Of a DNA stretch of 64,000 bases, positions 31,764 through 42,046 are shown piece after piece. The DNA is from a virus. Taxonomy: Duplodnaviria > Heunggongvirae > Uroviricota > Caudoviricetes. Below the pieces are notes generated by a model, which ran no database searches, was not told where the DNA came from, and saw nothing but the letters and a program-made list of their open reading frames with translations. The stretch lies in IMG/VR virus record IMGVR_UViG_2511231131_000001. One strand, 5' to 3'. Made by a program: the position numbers and the translations under genes. Numbering within the stretch: position 1 is the first letter of the stretch; each line of letters starts with the position of its first letter.

Positions 31764-32374
31764 TGGATAATGCGATATTAAATAGCGAACTTATAGCCAT
31801 ACAGGCAGGAAACATTATCGTTTATAACTATGATGGTGGTAATCGGGAATATATTTCTGCATCAACTGAATATCTTGCTGTTGGCGTTGGTATTCCGGCA
31901 AATTCTTGTTTGGATGCTCCAGGCTCACATAAAGCAGGTTATGCGATTCTCCGTTCAGAGGATTTAAGTTCATGGGAGTATGTGCCAGATCATCGTGGCG
32001 AAACTGTCTATAGCATTGACACTGGGAATCCCGAAGAAATCACGGTGTTGGGTGACTATCCGGAAAATACAACCACTATCGCCCCGCTAACACCATACGA
32101 CAAATGGGATGGAGAGAAATGGGTGGTTGATACTGAGGCTCAACATAGTGCAGCTGTAGAGGCAGCAGAAACAAAACGTCAGTCATTGATTGATACTGCG
32201 ATGGCTTCCATTAGTCTGATTCAGTTGAAATTACAGGCTGGACGGAAGTTGACGCAGGCAGAAACCACACAGCTTAACTCCGTGCTAGATTATATAGACG
32301 AGCTGAACGCGATGGATTTAACCACGGCACCAGATCTCAACTGGCCTGAAAAACAACTTTCTGCAGCCAGTTGA
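31763..32374 (+). CDS. U: Tail fibre assembly protein (U/Tfa-like)
   Basis: 203 aa, MDNAILNSELIAIQAGNIIVYNYDG... typical of Tfa chaperones; coupled to cassette 4. Confidence 0.7.
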   Translation: MDNAILNSELIAIQAGNIIVYNYDGGNREYISASTEYLAVGVGIPANSCLDAPGSHKAGYAILRSEDLSSWEYVPDHRGETVYSIDTGNPEEITVLGDYPENTTTIAPLTPYDKWDGEKWVVDTEAQHSAAVEAAETKRQSLIDTAMASISLIQLKLQAGRKLTQAETTQLNSVLDYIDELNAMDLTTAPDLNWPEKQLSAAS

Positions 32375-32379
32375 TATAA

Positions 32380-34530
32380 TTAAGCCGCCCTCACAATATA
32401 ATTAAATGCAATATTACGAGGGCGGGTTTCTAAGCCAGCAGTACCTAAATTAGCTACGGACTGTTTATATGTTTTAAAAGTTCCATAATTAGGGGCTGGC
32501 AATCCTGCATCGCTTGTGTTCCCCCATCTGATAACTCCCGTATTACCACTAGTAGCCCATGCCTCGTCAAAGTAGAAATTAATTGAGCTGTCAGTTGCTA
32601 CGGTTGATTTTGACGGTAATCCGTGAGCATGATCCTCCGTTGCATATCCTTGCTCGCTTAAAATAGAGCGACCAGAGTCAATCCCTCGCCCATCATCCCA
32701 ACCACGGATAAACTCACCGCGTAAATCCGGTAATTTATTGATGGGATAAGCCTTTGCCAGTTTGGGATACATTTCAGAAGAAAATGCTGCGCCGTTACAT
32801 TTCAGCCACCCTGCTGGCGGTGTGGCTGAGGGCCACGGAACAGGCACACCAACGGGCAGCGCCGAGCCTTCTCCTAAACCAAGGTAATCAAGAACGCTCT
32901 GAATACTGGTCTTACCAAGAATGGCGCGTCCGACACTTGTCAATGCAGTTAACGCGGCACGATCAACACCTGTGAAATAAGGGAGTTTATCTGCTGCTGT
33001 AGCTAGTGCCGCTAGAGCAGTGAGCGTAGCGTCTGCCGCTTGCTTTCCATTAGCCAAATCATATGCAGCCTTGACAGCTTTCGGTGTGGCGGCCAGCACT
33101 TCGGACGTGCTATTAGTAGCACTGCTGAGTTGGACTATCCCTTTTTGAGCCGTGGTTGCATCCTGGGCTGTATACTTCCCGTTAGCCAGGTCATATGCTG
33201 CCTTGACTGCTTTCGGTGTGGCGGCCAGCACTTCGGACGTACTGTCAGTAGCACTACTGAGCTGAGTGATGCCTTTCGCTGTCAATGAAGCTGTTGGCAC
33301 ACCAGTGATCTGATTCCAGGGATGTGTATGACTGGATGGTGCCTTTCCGGCAGCTAGATCGTATGCAGCTTTAACCGCTTTTGGAGTTGCAGCTAATGTT
33401 TCAGAAGTGCTGTTGGTGTCGCTACTGAGCTGAACTATCCCTTTTTGTGTCGTGGTTGCATCCTGGGCTGTATACTTCCCGTTAGCCAGGTCATATGCAG
33501 CCTTGACAGCTTTCGGTGTGGCGGCCAGCACTTCAGACGTGCTGTTAGTGGCACTACTGAGCTGAGTGATGCCTTTCGCTGTCAATGAAGCTGTTGGCAC
33601 ACCAGTGATCTGATTCCAGGGATGTGTATGACTGGATGGTGCCTTTCCGGCTGCTAGATCGTATGCAGCTTTAACCGCTTTTGGAGTTGCAGCTAATGTT
33701 TCAGAAGTGCTGTTAGTGTCGCTACTGAGCTGAACTATCCCTTTTTGTGTCGTGGTTGCATCCTGGGCTGTATACTTCCCGTTAGCCAGGTCATATGCAG
33801 CCTTGACAGCTTTCGGTGTGGCGGCCAGCACTTCGGACGTACTGTTAGTGGCACTACTGAGCTGAACTAATCCCTTTTGCGTTGTGCTTGCATCCTGCGC
33901 CGTATACTTGCTTTTCGCCAGATCGTAGGCTTTTTTAACTGCCAGCGAACTCGCAGCAACATCACTTCTGGTACTGGTTACAGAGTCTGAAATATCAATG
34001 CCGATCGTGCGGTTGATACGCTCGGATGTATCAATCATCTCTTGAGTAATGGTAGATACGCCAGCAGGGATATTCACCGTACAAACCAGCAGTTCCCCAT
34101 CACCTAACTGATATGAATCGGTATAGGTTCTGGCAACAAATTCAGCTGCATGAATATGTGACGCGGTATTCACCTGATAGGTATCTTCTCCAAGAAGGTA
34201 TCTTCCCTTCAGCACAATTGCATATTTCTTGCCTGCGTTAAGTGCAAGAGAGATATCCTTACGATGCTGAATAGTTACCTGGTAGAATTCACCAATATCC
34301 ACTGACGCCGCGCCAGCGGTTTTATCTCCATCCACTGAGGTGATTAACAGGTTCATCCCACCGCCAGGCTTAGGCAAGAAACCAGCATAAAATCCCGGGT
34401 CAACAATTCCCCTGAATTTTCGGTTTAGAGCGGCTGACAGATATGGTTCGTGGTATTGCACATCAGCCACCAGAGCCAACGACTCGGGTGATGGGTAAGT
34501 AACCGATGTAACAACTGTAACGTCATTCAT
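32380..34530 (-). CDS. S: Tail fibre protein S (constant N-terminal part fused to currently expressed variable cassette 5)
   Basis: 716 aa from MNDVTVVTSVTYPSPESLALVADVQYHEPYL; repeated fibre motifs; C-terminal 166 aa homologous to the silent cassettes. Confidence 0.85.
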   Translation of the reverse strand: MNDVTVVTSVTYPSPESLALVADVQYHEPYLSAALNRKFRGIVDPGFYAGFLPKPGGGMNLLITSVDGDKTAGAASVDIGEFYQVTIQHRKDISLALNAGKKYAIVLKGRYLLGEDTYQVNTASHIHAAEFVARTYTDSYQLGDGELLVCTVNIPAGVSTITQEMIDTSERINRTIGIDISDSVTSTRSDVAASSLAVKKAYDLAKSKYTAQDASTTQKGLVQLSSATNSTSEVLAATPKAVKAAYDLANGKYTAQDATTTQKGIVQLSSDTNSTSETLAATPKAVKAAYDLAAGKAPSSHTHPWNQITGVPTASLTAKGITQLSSATNSTSEVLAATPKAVKAAYDLANGKYTAQDATTTQKGIVQLSSDTNSTSETLAATPKAVKAAYDLAAGKAPSSHTHPWNQITGVPTASLTAKGITQLSSATDSTSEVLAATPKAVKAAYDLANGKYTAQDATTAQKGIVQLSSATNSTSEVLAATPKAVKAAYDLANGKQAADATLTALAALATAADKLPYFTGVDRAALTALTSVGRAILGKTSIQSVLDYLGLGEGSALPVGVPVPWPSATPPAGWLKCNGAAFSSEMYPKLAKAYPINKLPDLRGEFIRGWDDGRGIDSGRSILSEQGYATEDHAHGLPSKSTVATDSSINFYFDEAWATSGNTGVIRWGNTSDAGLPAPNYGTFKTYKQSVANLGTAGLETRPRNIAFNYIVRAA
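33060..33900. repeat. Tandem direct repeats of 300-bp period inside S (about 100-aa protein repeat)
   Basis: 33181-33480 and 33481-33780 near-identical with partial copies flanking; encodes repeated YTAQDATTTQKGIVQLSS.TNSTSE.LAATPKAVKAAYDLA. Confidence 0.8.
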
Positions 34531-34541
34531 CAAGCATATCC

Positions 34542-34976
34542 TTATGCTGTAGTCGAGTTTATGGCCATAACTGCGGTATATGTTTTGCCCACATACAGCG
34601 AGTCTTCCTGGACACAAATAATGGCGATTGGCTTATTCTCGTTATCCAGAACAACCAGAGTGTTGAATGGGTAGTTTTTCCCTTCCTGCAACTGACTTTG
34701 ATCAAGGTCCATTCGGACAGTAATTATCCCGCCTGAGTAGGTTGGGACGAGGTTGATGGTGCAAAATTGACTGGTCAGTTCTGCCAGATCGAAAGCCTTT
34801 GGCAGTTCTCCAATCTCATAAGTGCCATCTCCTTTCTTAGTAACCAGTGAACTGGTACCGAAAACGGCCTTGCTGATTAAAAATCGAGAGCCTTTGTTAA
34901 TGGACGATTCAGCGCGCCGCTGATAGTAATAGTCCAACAACTGACTCTTATAGAGGTTTGTTGAGACGTCAGACAT
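34542..34976 (-). CDS. R: Tail fibre-associated protein R
   Basis: 144-aa ORF immediately upstream of S; by synteny with P1. Confidence 0.5.
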   Translation of the reverse strand: MSDVSTNLYKSQLLDYYYQRRAESSINKGSRFLISKAVFGTSSLVTKKGDGTYEIGELPKAFDLAELTSQFCTINLVPTYSGGIITVRMDLDQSQLQEGKNYPFNTLVVLDNENKPIAIICVQEDSLYVGKTYTAVMAINSTTA

Positions 34977-35017
34977 GATTTTCCCTAATCAATGTTGTGA
35001 AGCCTCATTGTAAGATA

Positions 35018-35027
35018 AGTAACTTGT
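35018..35027 (-). promoter_or_regulatory. Candidate late promoter element upstream of R-S (ACAAGTTACT, 9/10 to ACAAGTGACT, followed by TACAAT)
   Basis: Read on the minus strand. Confidence 0.3.
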
Positions 35028-35054
35028 CACCCCGCCCTGCGGACGGGGTGATTG

Positions 35055-35894
35055 TCACGCATCGCTATCCAACAGCAAATCATCTGCGCGGGTGCGATCA
35101 AACGTAGGCGTTGCTTTCACAATAGTGCCGCCCGGCGTTGCAGTGATCGGGGCGTTAATCGACGTAACTTCAGTAAGCGAAGTTGTATCCGAAGTTTCAA
35201 ACCAGCAGAATGCTTTTTCGGTATCAGAAATCTCATTCAAAGTGATCATGTCGGCCTGTTCATTTACAACAACCGACAAATAGAGCGTAAGCCCATCAAA
35301 CACTATATGCAGTGGCAGTAGAGGCTTTACGAACTGATTAAACTTTCTGAGAATTTCTTCTGTAATTGCGGACTGATCTATCGTTCCAGTAATACCCATT
35401 GTCCGGGCCAGGTCGTTTATGGGAATACTGATCATTCCTCTGGAAGTCAGAAACATCTCGCCGAATGTGCCGCCGGTGGTTTCCAGTGTGCTTTCTGGAA
35501 TCAGGACCGTGCCATAGGGATGACGTTCAAAGTCCACCGGAGCATATATGGGATCCCATAAAACCGATATACCGTTAAATTCGCGATAAATTGTCTGGTT
35601 TATAGGGCGTTCAGTACCCTTAAAATGGATCTCATCAAACCGCTGTTGTAACAACATCGGAACGGAAGATGAATTCGACGTTCTGATAGTAAAAAACTGG
35701 CCAAGTTCATTTGTCCTAGTCTCCAGATCCTCCTTGCTCATGGAGAAAATAGACTTCCGGTTGGTAATTCGCTCCAACCATGGGTCAACAAAGGTGTCCA
35801 TCATTGACTGAACCAAATCAGCCAATGATTTATAAAGTAATGACTTTTGCTTAGCTGATGTAAGCCGGTTATTAAACCAGGAACGCTGCATCAC
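35055..35894 (-). CDS. Baseplate/tail structural protein (P1 gene 16 position)
   Basis: 279-aa ORF overlapping the upstream gene stop. Confidence 0.45.
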   Translation of the reverse strand: MMQRSWFNNRLTSAKQKSLLYKSLADLVQSMMDTFVDPWLERITNRKSIFSMSKEDLETRTNELGQFFTIRTSNSSSVPMLLQQRFDEIHFKGTERPINQTIYREFNGISVLWDPIYAPVDFERHPYGTVLIPESTLETTGGTFGEMFLTSRGMISIPINDLARTMGITGTIDQSAITEEILRKFNQFVKPLLPLHIVFDGLTLYLSVVVNEQADMITLNEISDTEKAFCWFETSDTTSLTEVTSINAPITATPGGTIVKATPTFDRTRADDLLLDSDA

Positions 35895-37324
35895 TCCTCC
35901 TCATACGAAATATTAAAGGTGGAGTTTTCTGTATCCAGATAAACGAAATCGTAAAAGCCGTTGGACTCATTCCACTCGACAAATTCCAGATAAAAGTCGC
36001 GGAAATAACCCAGCGTTTCGATAAATGCCCAAACGTCTTTTTTCTTGATTAGGATGTACTTGCCGACACGGTTCGGATCAAAGAAAGTTGAGTCACGCCC
36101 AAATTTTGTTTCCAGTGCCGACTTCAGCTCATCAGTCACGTTCTCAATGGTCAGGCTTGCCGATATCCGCCCAGTGATGGTGATCTTAAAGGGGAGTTTT
36201 CTGACCTCTTTATACGAGAATTTCTTGTTCAACTCATTCGGCACCTTCTTAAAGGCAGCCAGGATCATTTCTTCAAGCTCTGACTGGCTTTTGTTTGGAT
36301 GCCATCCTGAAATAAATATCTTATTGATATTCCGAACATTATAAGCACCATCTAATTTCTCTTGCTGGCCTTCGCCCCATGCCTTTACCCAGGACAGTCC
36401 CGGGATGTTACGCACCAGAAAATACGTATAGTCCCCGCCCCATACGACCTGATCATCATAGGCAAGGTAATATTGTGCACGATTACGTGTGATCTCCGTT
36501 GTTTCGGCATCGGTACCTGCGGTTATGGGTGTCGTTGTCTTAACTGAAATCAAATTAGCTAAATTAGCCGCAGAATCGACAGGAGTCAGGTTTTGGCCAG
36601 CAACCAGGGTTATATCTCCGTTGGTGCACCATACCTTAAGTGTAATGGTCGAGCCTTCTGGCGGTATTTGCCCAATTAGCCCATCACCGAATCGAACCCC
36701 CAACTGCTCGGATGGCTTATAAAACTCAACGTAGACCTGGCTTTTACTACCGGCTAACCGGAACATAGTGCTGGAAGACCACTGCGTGGTCTTACCATCG
36801 GTCGTCACGAATACTTCCAGCTTACAGCAGACAGCAGTGAGAGCCTTTGATAACACGACTTCCAGAAATTCTTTGGCTGCCGTAACGGTATATGTCACCT
36901 CCTGGATTTCCAACTGTGCCACTTCTACCGTACCGGTGCCGTCAACCAACCTGCATACATCCATAGTCATGTAAGGGTACTGGTCGTCAGATATTAAAGG
37001 CATGTTTTTGGGGATTACCGCTGGGGCATCTTCACTTGTGGCGGTGATCTCAATCATCCCCGATGACGGTGTTGGCTTGGTACCAACGTAACTATTCGTT
37101 TCTGCCGCTGCCAGGATAGAGGAACGCCGCGTCGCGGTCGATATAAAGCCTTCAGCCAGCGCCGCATCGGCATACTGAAAGCACCTGTAGACAATCTGGG
37201 TAATAAACAATGTCAGCATCGAGACAAATTGAGAGCCGACAAACTTCGACCAGAATGAATCTTTCTCGACAAGCTCTTCAAACTCTGCACGAATACTGTC
37301 TTTAGTCGGTGTTGTTTTACTCAT
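35891..37324 (-). CDS. bplA: Baseplate protein (BplA position)
   Basis: 477-aa ORF; synteny. Confidence 0.45.
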   Translation of the reverse strand: MSKTTPTKDSIRAEFEELVEKDSFWSKFVGSQFVSMLTLFITQIVYRCFQYADAALAEGFISTATRRSSILAAAETNSYVGTKPTPSSGMIEITATSEDAPAVIPKNMPLISDDQYPYMTMDVCRLVDGTGTVEVAQLEIQEVTYTVTAAKEFLEVVLSKALTAVCCKLEVFVTTDGKTTQWSSSTMFRLAGSKSQVYVEFYKPSEQLGVRFGDGLIGQIPPEGSTITLKVWCTNGDITLVAGQNLTPVDSAANLANLISVKTTTPITAGTDAETTEITRNRAQYYLAYDDQVVWGGDYTYFLVRNIPGLSWVKAWGEGQQEKLDGAYNVRNINKIFISGWHPNKSQSELEEMILAAFKKVPNELNKKFSYKEVRKLPFKITITGRISASLTIENVTDELKSALETKFGRDSTFFDPNRVGKYILIKKKDVWAFIETLGYFRDFYLEFVEWNESNGFYDFVYLDTENSTFNISYEEE

Positions 37325-37680
37325 AGCACCACGTCCTGTGTGATAGTTATATCCCTGATACGAATGGATATTTTCAACTTATCAAAAGCATCTCCCTCGG
37401 CTACTGACAAGCCAGAAATCGGTATGTCAGGTAAATCTACCGTCAGTTTTTGCAACAGCATTGCCTCAACCGCAATTTGAACATGCGACAAGTTGGTCGG
37501 TTCGTGTTTAAACTGCGGTAAAACATTGCCCCATGACGGATCTCCGTATACCTCACCCTGATAAGTGTTTAGCCACTCATATAAACGAGCGCCCCAGGCC
37601 TCCTCCTGGGACTCATACGTTTTTACGCCGGATAACTCCAGCGTCAGTAAAGGATCAATTTCATTATTGTTGGCCATCAA
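37321..37680 (-). CDS. Putative morphogenetic protein (pmgA position)
   Basis: 119-aa ORF; synteny. Confidence 0.4.
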   Translation of the reverse strand: MMANNNEIDPLLTLELSGVKTYESQEEAWGARLYEWLNTYQGEVYGDPSWGNVLPQFKHEPTNLSHVQIAVEAMLLQKLTVDLPDIPISGLSVAEGDAFDKLKISIRIRDITITQDVVL

Positions 37681-40600
37681 TCAACTCTCGCGTAGTCATT
37701 CATCAACGGATCATCAATTGACAGTGGCACCGTGCGCATAACGCCCGGTTGAGGCGTGCTGACCTTTACGACAGTTCCCTGGCCTTTCGCCGAGTCTTTA
37801 GTGTGCTCTTCAATCCTGGCAAGCAATGAGGTCATCTGCGCAAACAGCCGCTTCGTTTCACCATCAAGTGAAACGGTATTATCAGCCAACTGCATTGTCG
37901 GCTTGGCACCGGAGCCGCCAAGGTCACTAATAACCTGTCCGTCTATCTGCATACGACCGGTTGGTTGCTGCAAATCGTTGGCGGCAGTCGTCACCTGGGA
38001 CGTGGAGGCTGGTTCAGGCGCATTATTTTTCCGCATCCCCGGCGAGTTGCGGAGTTTATCAAATAGTCCATCAATCCCCATTTGTGCGCCGAGTTGGTCA
38101 AAGTAACTTGAGTTGCTGGCCACCGGACGCGCCTCTTCAACTGGCATCGGAGTATCAACATACACATTGCCAGCTGCTGTTGCGGTCCCCTTCCCTCGTG
38201 CACGTTCTTCGAGCGTTCCCTGAACGACTTCCCGACGCATACCCCGGCCATTCATGAATTTGTTGACCAGATCGTTAACGCCAACAGCATTGCCAATTTT
38301 GTCTACCAGACCGCCTTTCTCAAACGGGCTATCACCAGGGGTAAACGCCAGGCCAGTAGACTGATCGATAACAGCGTTATCAGGCAGTGGTCCCCTCACT
38401 CCATATTGCGCCCCACCCTGTGCTCCTGCTCCAGGTGTATAGATTTCACCACCTAAATAGCGAGCACGATGAGTATTGACCTTGATCGCGTACTCACGGT
38501 TTTCTTTCGATAAGTCACCTGTGCCTTTTTTCCACTTATTGATAGTGCCAAACCCAGCATTATATGCAGTGATGGCCTCGTTTAAGTCTCCATTGGCTTG
38601 CTTCAGATATTTGCTCATGAGAAGAGCCGCAGCTTCTGCCGATTTCACAGGATCAAACGATTCACCTTCAGCTAAGCCAGTCTCTTCACGAGCAATCCCC
38701 GTGAACTGAAACATCCCCAGAGCACCGGTTTGGGATTTTGCATACGGATTACCACCAGATTCAGTTGCAGCAATCGCGTAAAGAGTGCCTTCTGGAAGAC
38801 CGTATTTATTCTCTAGTTCGGCAAAATACGGAGCCAACTTATCGAGATTTGCCTTACCTTCAGCGCCAAGACTTCCGACTTTTACATCCAAGTTGCCATT
38901 GTTGTAGGTATCCGCAGCTTTCTGAATGTCATTCCTGGTGCCAGTGGTATTAAGCGACGATGATGACGAGCTATTTTGACCAATAGCTTTATCAATTTTC
39001 TGCAACGCGCTATTGCCCGTTTCTACGGCATTTGCATTGATAATCTGATTAGCAGTTTCTTTAACTGTTTTATTGCTATCTTTCGCCGTGTCCAGTGCCG
39101 CATTTATCACGCGGGTAACAATATTAGTCTGTTTGGCATCGGATTCAGTTTTAGAATCAGATGTCTCCTGGTGGCTATTAACCGGAGCTTTTAACTCTGG
39201 AGTGATTTCTTTCGCATTAGCCTCGCCGATCGGATTGGGTATTTTTGATACAATCATTGCCGCAGGGGTATTTTTAACGGCATCAACCGCTGCATCTAAT
39301 GCTTTACCTGGTAAATTTTTAACCCCATCCCAAATATTACCAGCCGCCTCTTTAATGTGTTTCCCTGGGTTCTTAATGAAATCAATTGCACTATCAATTG
39401 CATCACTGAAAACCTGTTTCAGGTTATCGACAGTAAAGAAGTCTTTGATGGCATCCAGCTTTTCAAGCAGCTTATTAGATGTATCGCTAAACCATGCTGA
39501 AACAGCATCACCAATCTTTGCTGTGTAATCATCGAACTTGGTAGAAATGGTGTCGCCAAGGTTAGAAATATATGTTTCTAAGTTGGTAATCCCACTATCA
39601 ATGGCATGGGCAATACTTTCCGTCGAAAATGATTGCAACATATTGCCGATATCCTCAAATCCAAGTGATTTGAGAACCTCACCAATGGCGCTGCTAATAC
39701 CAGATACCAGTCCCCCCATATCAAGAATATTAGCTAACGTATAAGCGGCTTTTTGCTGGAATGATGGATCTTGTCCTGATTTAAGCCCAAACGCTCGACG
39801 TTGCGCTTCTGTATCATTCCAACCGGTTACCGCATCATAAATACCTCCAACCACTGTGCCGACTAGGGGAATTGCGCGTAACGCCCCTTTACCAACTGCC
39901 TTTAATCCAAGTTTACCTGCTGCCCGGGCAGCCAAATCTCCGCCTTCATGGGCGAGAGTCTTCTTACCACCACCGCGTAGCATTCCTACAAGTTTCTTTG
40001 CCCCCAGAGCGCCAAAAGCGAGTGCTCCAGCTTTTTTCAGCATGCCACGCCCCATTAACAACGACGCGACGCCACCGGCCCCCTTCCCTAACAGGCTAAA
40101 TAGTTTGGACAGCAAGCCGCCCTTCTTTTTCCCGGTGTTTTTGGCTATCTGATCAAGGGCGCTGAGAATCTTGTCATTGCCCTCTTTAATTTCGCTGGTC
40201 TGCTCCTGAAGTTCCTGAACCGTCCGTTTTTGGGTGTTAACCTGAACGACATCGGCACTATTTTGCGATTTACGCCTAAAAAAACCTTTTCTACGGCTGT
40301 TATCGTCATTGCCACGAATCACATCGGCAATAGACTTTCTGGCACCATTAAGCGATCCGCCAACTTCTTTTGATATCCCGCCAAGCTCCTTCCCTGCTGC
40401 CCACAATGGACCTGCAACGGCATAACCTAACGCATCGACAGCACGAGTCTCTGAAGGGTTACCTATGCCTTCAGCTACTTTTGACAGTTTTTTTAATAAA
40501 CCTGATTCAGCATTTAGACGCTCATCATCCTCTTTTCGCCTGGCCTTTTCTGCTCGTTCAGCACGGGCATCTTCCGCTGCGGCCTTACTCCCTGACTTTC

Positions 40601-41069
40601 CAATAAAACGACCACGCGCATCGCGTTGGTTTTGGCTTTTTTGCGCACCGCCTTTTTGACCGAACATTTCGCGAGCGTGTTCGGCTGCTTCGGTCCGTTG
40701 TGCCTTTACATCCTCTGGTATAGCCTTCCTGCGTCGTTTTTTACCCTTTGGTGTGGTTGATTTGGCCCGCTGTTCCTGTTGAGCAACATCTTCCTGAACT
40801 ACACGAGAAACGTCCCCTAAATTAAGCCGTTTCATTGCCTCAACAATAGGGTCCACTGATGGCGCATTGGCCACAAAGTCTGGCCGGGAATTTTCGATTG
40901 TGCGATTTAATGCCGACACACTGCGAGAGACAGGATCAACAGTTGCAACGCGTCCCCCTTTCAAATCTTCAACAGCTTCCCGGATACCTGCAAGCTCTTC
41001 CAGCTCTTTTGCACTGGCGGTTTCAACTGTCCTTATAACATCGTCAATGTTGGCGTTTTTTCTTTCCAT
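37677..41069 (-). CDS. sit: Sit: tail tape-measure-like structural injection protein with lytic transglycosylase domain
   Basis: 1130 aa; SLT-like motif ATESGGNPYAKSQTGALGMFQFTG; Gly/Ala/Lys-rich repeats. Confidence 0.8.
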   Translation of the reverse strand: MERKNANIDDVIRTVETASAKELEELAGIREAVEDLKGGRVATVDPVSRSVSALNRTIENSRPDFVANAPSVDPIVEAMKRLNLGDVSRVVQEDVAQQEQRAKSTTPKGKKRRRKAIPEDVKAQRTEAAEHAREMFGQKGGAQKSQNQRDARGRFIGKSGSKAAAEDARAERAEKARRKEDDERLNAESGLLKKLSKVAEGIGNPSETRAVDALGYAVAGPLWAAGKELGGISKEVGGSLNGARKSIADVIRGNDDNSRRKGFFRRKSQNSADVVQVNTQKRTVQELQEQTSEIKEGNDKILSALDQIAKNTGKKKGGLLSKLFSLLGKGAGGVASLLMGRGMLKKAGALAFGALGAKKLVGMLRGGGKKTLAHEGGDLAARAAGKLGLKAVGKGALRAIPLVGTVVGGIYDAVTGWNDTEAQRRAFGLKSGQDPSFQQKAAYTLANILDMGGLVSGISSAIGEVLKSLGFEDIGNMLQSFSTESIAHAIDSGITNLETYISNLGDTISTKFDDYTAKIGDAVSAWFSDTSNKLLEKLDAIKDFFTVDNLKQVFSDAIDSAIDFIKNPGKHIKEAAGNIWDGVKNLPGKALDAAVDAVKNTPAAMIVSKIPNPIGEANAKEITPELKAPVNSHQETSDSKTESDAKQTNIVTRVINAALDTAKDSNKTVKETANQIINANAVETGNSALQKIDKAIGQNSSSSSSLNTTGTRNDIQKAADTYNNGNLDVKVGSLGAEGKANLDKLAPYFAELENKYGLPEGTLYAIAATESGGNPYAKSQTGALGMFQFTGIAREETGLAEGESFDPVKSAEAAALLMSKYLKQANGDLNEAITAYNAGFGTINKWKKGTGDLSKENREYAIKVNTHRARYLGGEIYTPGAGAQGGAQYGVRGPLPDNAVIDQSTGLAFTPGDSPFEKGGLVDKIGNAVGVNDLVNKFMNGRGMRREVVQGTLEERARGKGTATAAGNVYVDTPMPVEEARPVASNSSYFDQLGAQMGIDGLFDKLRNSPGMRKNNAPEPASTSQVTTAANDLQQPTGRMQIDGQVISDLGGSGAKPTMQLADNTVSLDGETKRLFAQMTSLLARIEEHTKDSAKGQGTVVKVSTPQPGVMRTVPLSIDDPLMNDYARVD

Positions 41070-41150
41070 GATCTTATCGCCTACCGTTTCGGTTTAAGTT
41101 TTTCTTCCAGTTTCTCCAACAGGAAAAACGCATAGGATTCAGTAAGCCTT

Positions 41151-42032
41151 TCAGCGTCCTGAATCGGTATACCCCCATACAAAACCAGGTTGGACACTAA
41201 GGTCTGATAGCTTTTCAATCCCCACCTGTGGAATGAAGTCGGTAGCCCGAAAGGGCACCCACAGACGGGTATACGCACCCTCTGTGGACTCCTTTTTATC
41301 CTGATTTGGGCATTTATGCGGCGGGAGACGAAGACGCATTTCACCTTTATCGATGTAGCACGGTAAACCATGTTCGAGCTTTTCATGAGCCAGTCGGATG
41401 TGTGCCGCCAGCTTCATAAATTCAGTATCAATGGCCATCCGTTTAATCGTTTCATAACGACGCTCAGCCTGATCTTCACGAGTACCGCTAACATCGTTAT
41501 AAAGCTCACACTGATAAGCGAATTCCCAAAAACGCAAATCAACGATCGCTTCTTTGAATTCCGCGTCGTCTTCAGGTGGCAATGCTGCACGGCGCATCTC
41601 CAGCATTTCCATTGCCCAACCATCAAGCGGCACGATACGCCATTGATAAGGTACTCCCTCTACAGACACCTCAATATCGTCAATGAAAGGTTCCACTTCC
41701 AGGACCTGGATATCTTCAGCCAGAGCATTCATATCGCAATCGTAATAATGCTCTTTACCGCAATGTTTACAGGTGTAAGTGAATGTCTCGACCGGTGTTT
41801 CACGGGAGCCGGTAAATATCCACCATAACGCGGTAATCCGGTCCTGCGCCGTCCATGTCAGGGGATCATGTTTCGCGGGTTCAGCCAGCAAGGCTTTTAA
41901 ATACGCCGTTGTCTGTTGTTCTTGTTCCTCCGGTGTTATCGAGTTGAAACGCATCGCATCAGCAATATTTGGCTGACGGAACTGGATCAATTCAGTTGGC
42001 CGCGATGGTAGCGGGAAAAGGGGTAAAAGCAT
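41151..42032 (-). CDS. Putative morphogenetic protein (pmgB position)
   Basis: 293-aa ORF; synteny. Confidence 0.4.
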   Translation of the reverse strand: MLLPLFPLPSRPTELIQFRQPNIADAMRFNSITPEEQEQQTTAYLKALLAEPAKHDPLTWTAQDRITALWWIFTGSRETPVETFTYTCKHCGKEHYYDCDMNALAEDIQVLEVEPFIDDIEVSVEGVPYQWRIVPLDGWAMEMLEMRRAALPPEDDAEFKEAIVDLRFWEFAYQCELYNDVSGTREDQAERRYETIKRMAIDTEFMKLAAHIRLAHEKLEHGLPCYIDKGEMRLRLPPHKCPNQDKKESTEGAYTRLWVPFRATDFIPQVGIEKLSDLSVQPGFVWGYTDSGR

Positions 42033-42046
42033 CCTTGCTCCTTAAT

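Larger units (their letters stand above)
29779..32891. mobile_element. Multiple-inversion (shufflon-like, Min/Cin-type) tail-fibre region bounded by five crossover sites
   Basis: Crossover-like sites around 29785-29800, 30264-30276, 30781-30792, 31294-31306 (plus strand) and 32871-32889 (inverted), all sharing the core TTGGTTT(G/A)GG(G/A)GAAGG. Confidence 0.7.

Noticed and set aside
29779-34000. Possible CRISPR array, given regularly spaced repeats
   Set aside because: The repeats are 150-300 bp protein-coding segments (conserved tail-fibre module ends and fibre repeats), not 25-40 bp repeats with unique spacers; no cas genes.
41081-41386. 101-aa minus-strand ORF overlapping the 3' end of the pmgB-position gene
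   Set aside because: Overlaps the longer ORF in another frame and has no independent support.
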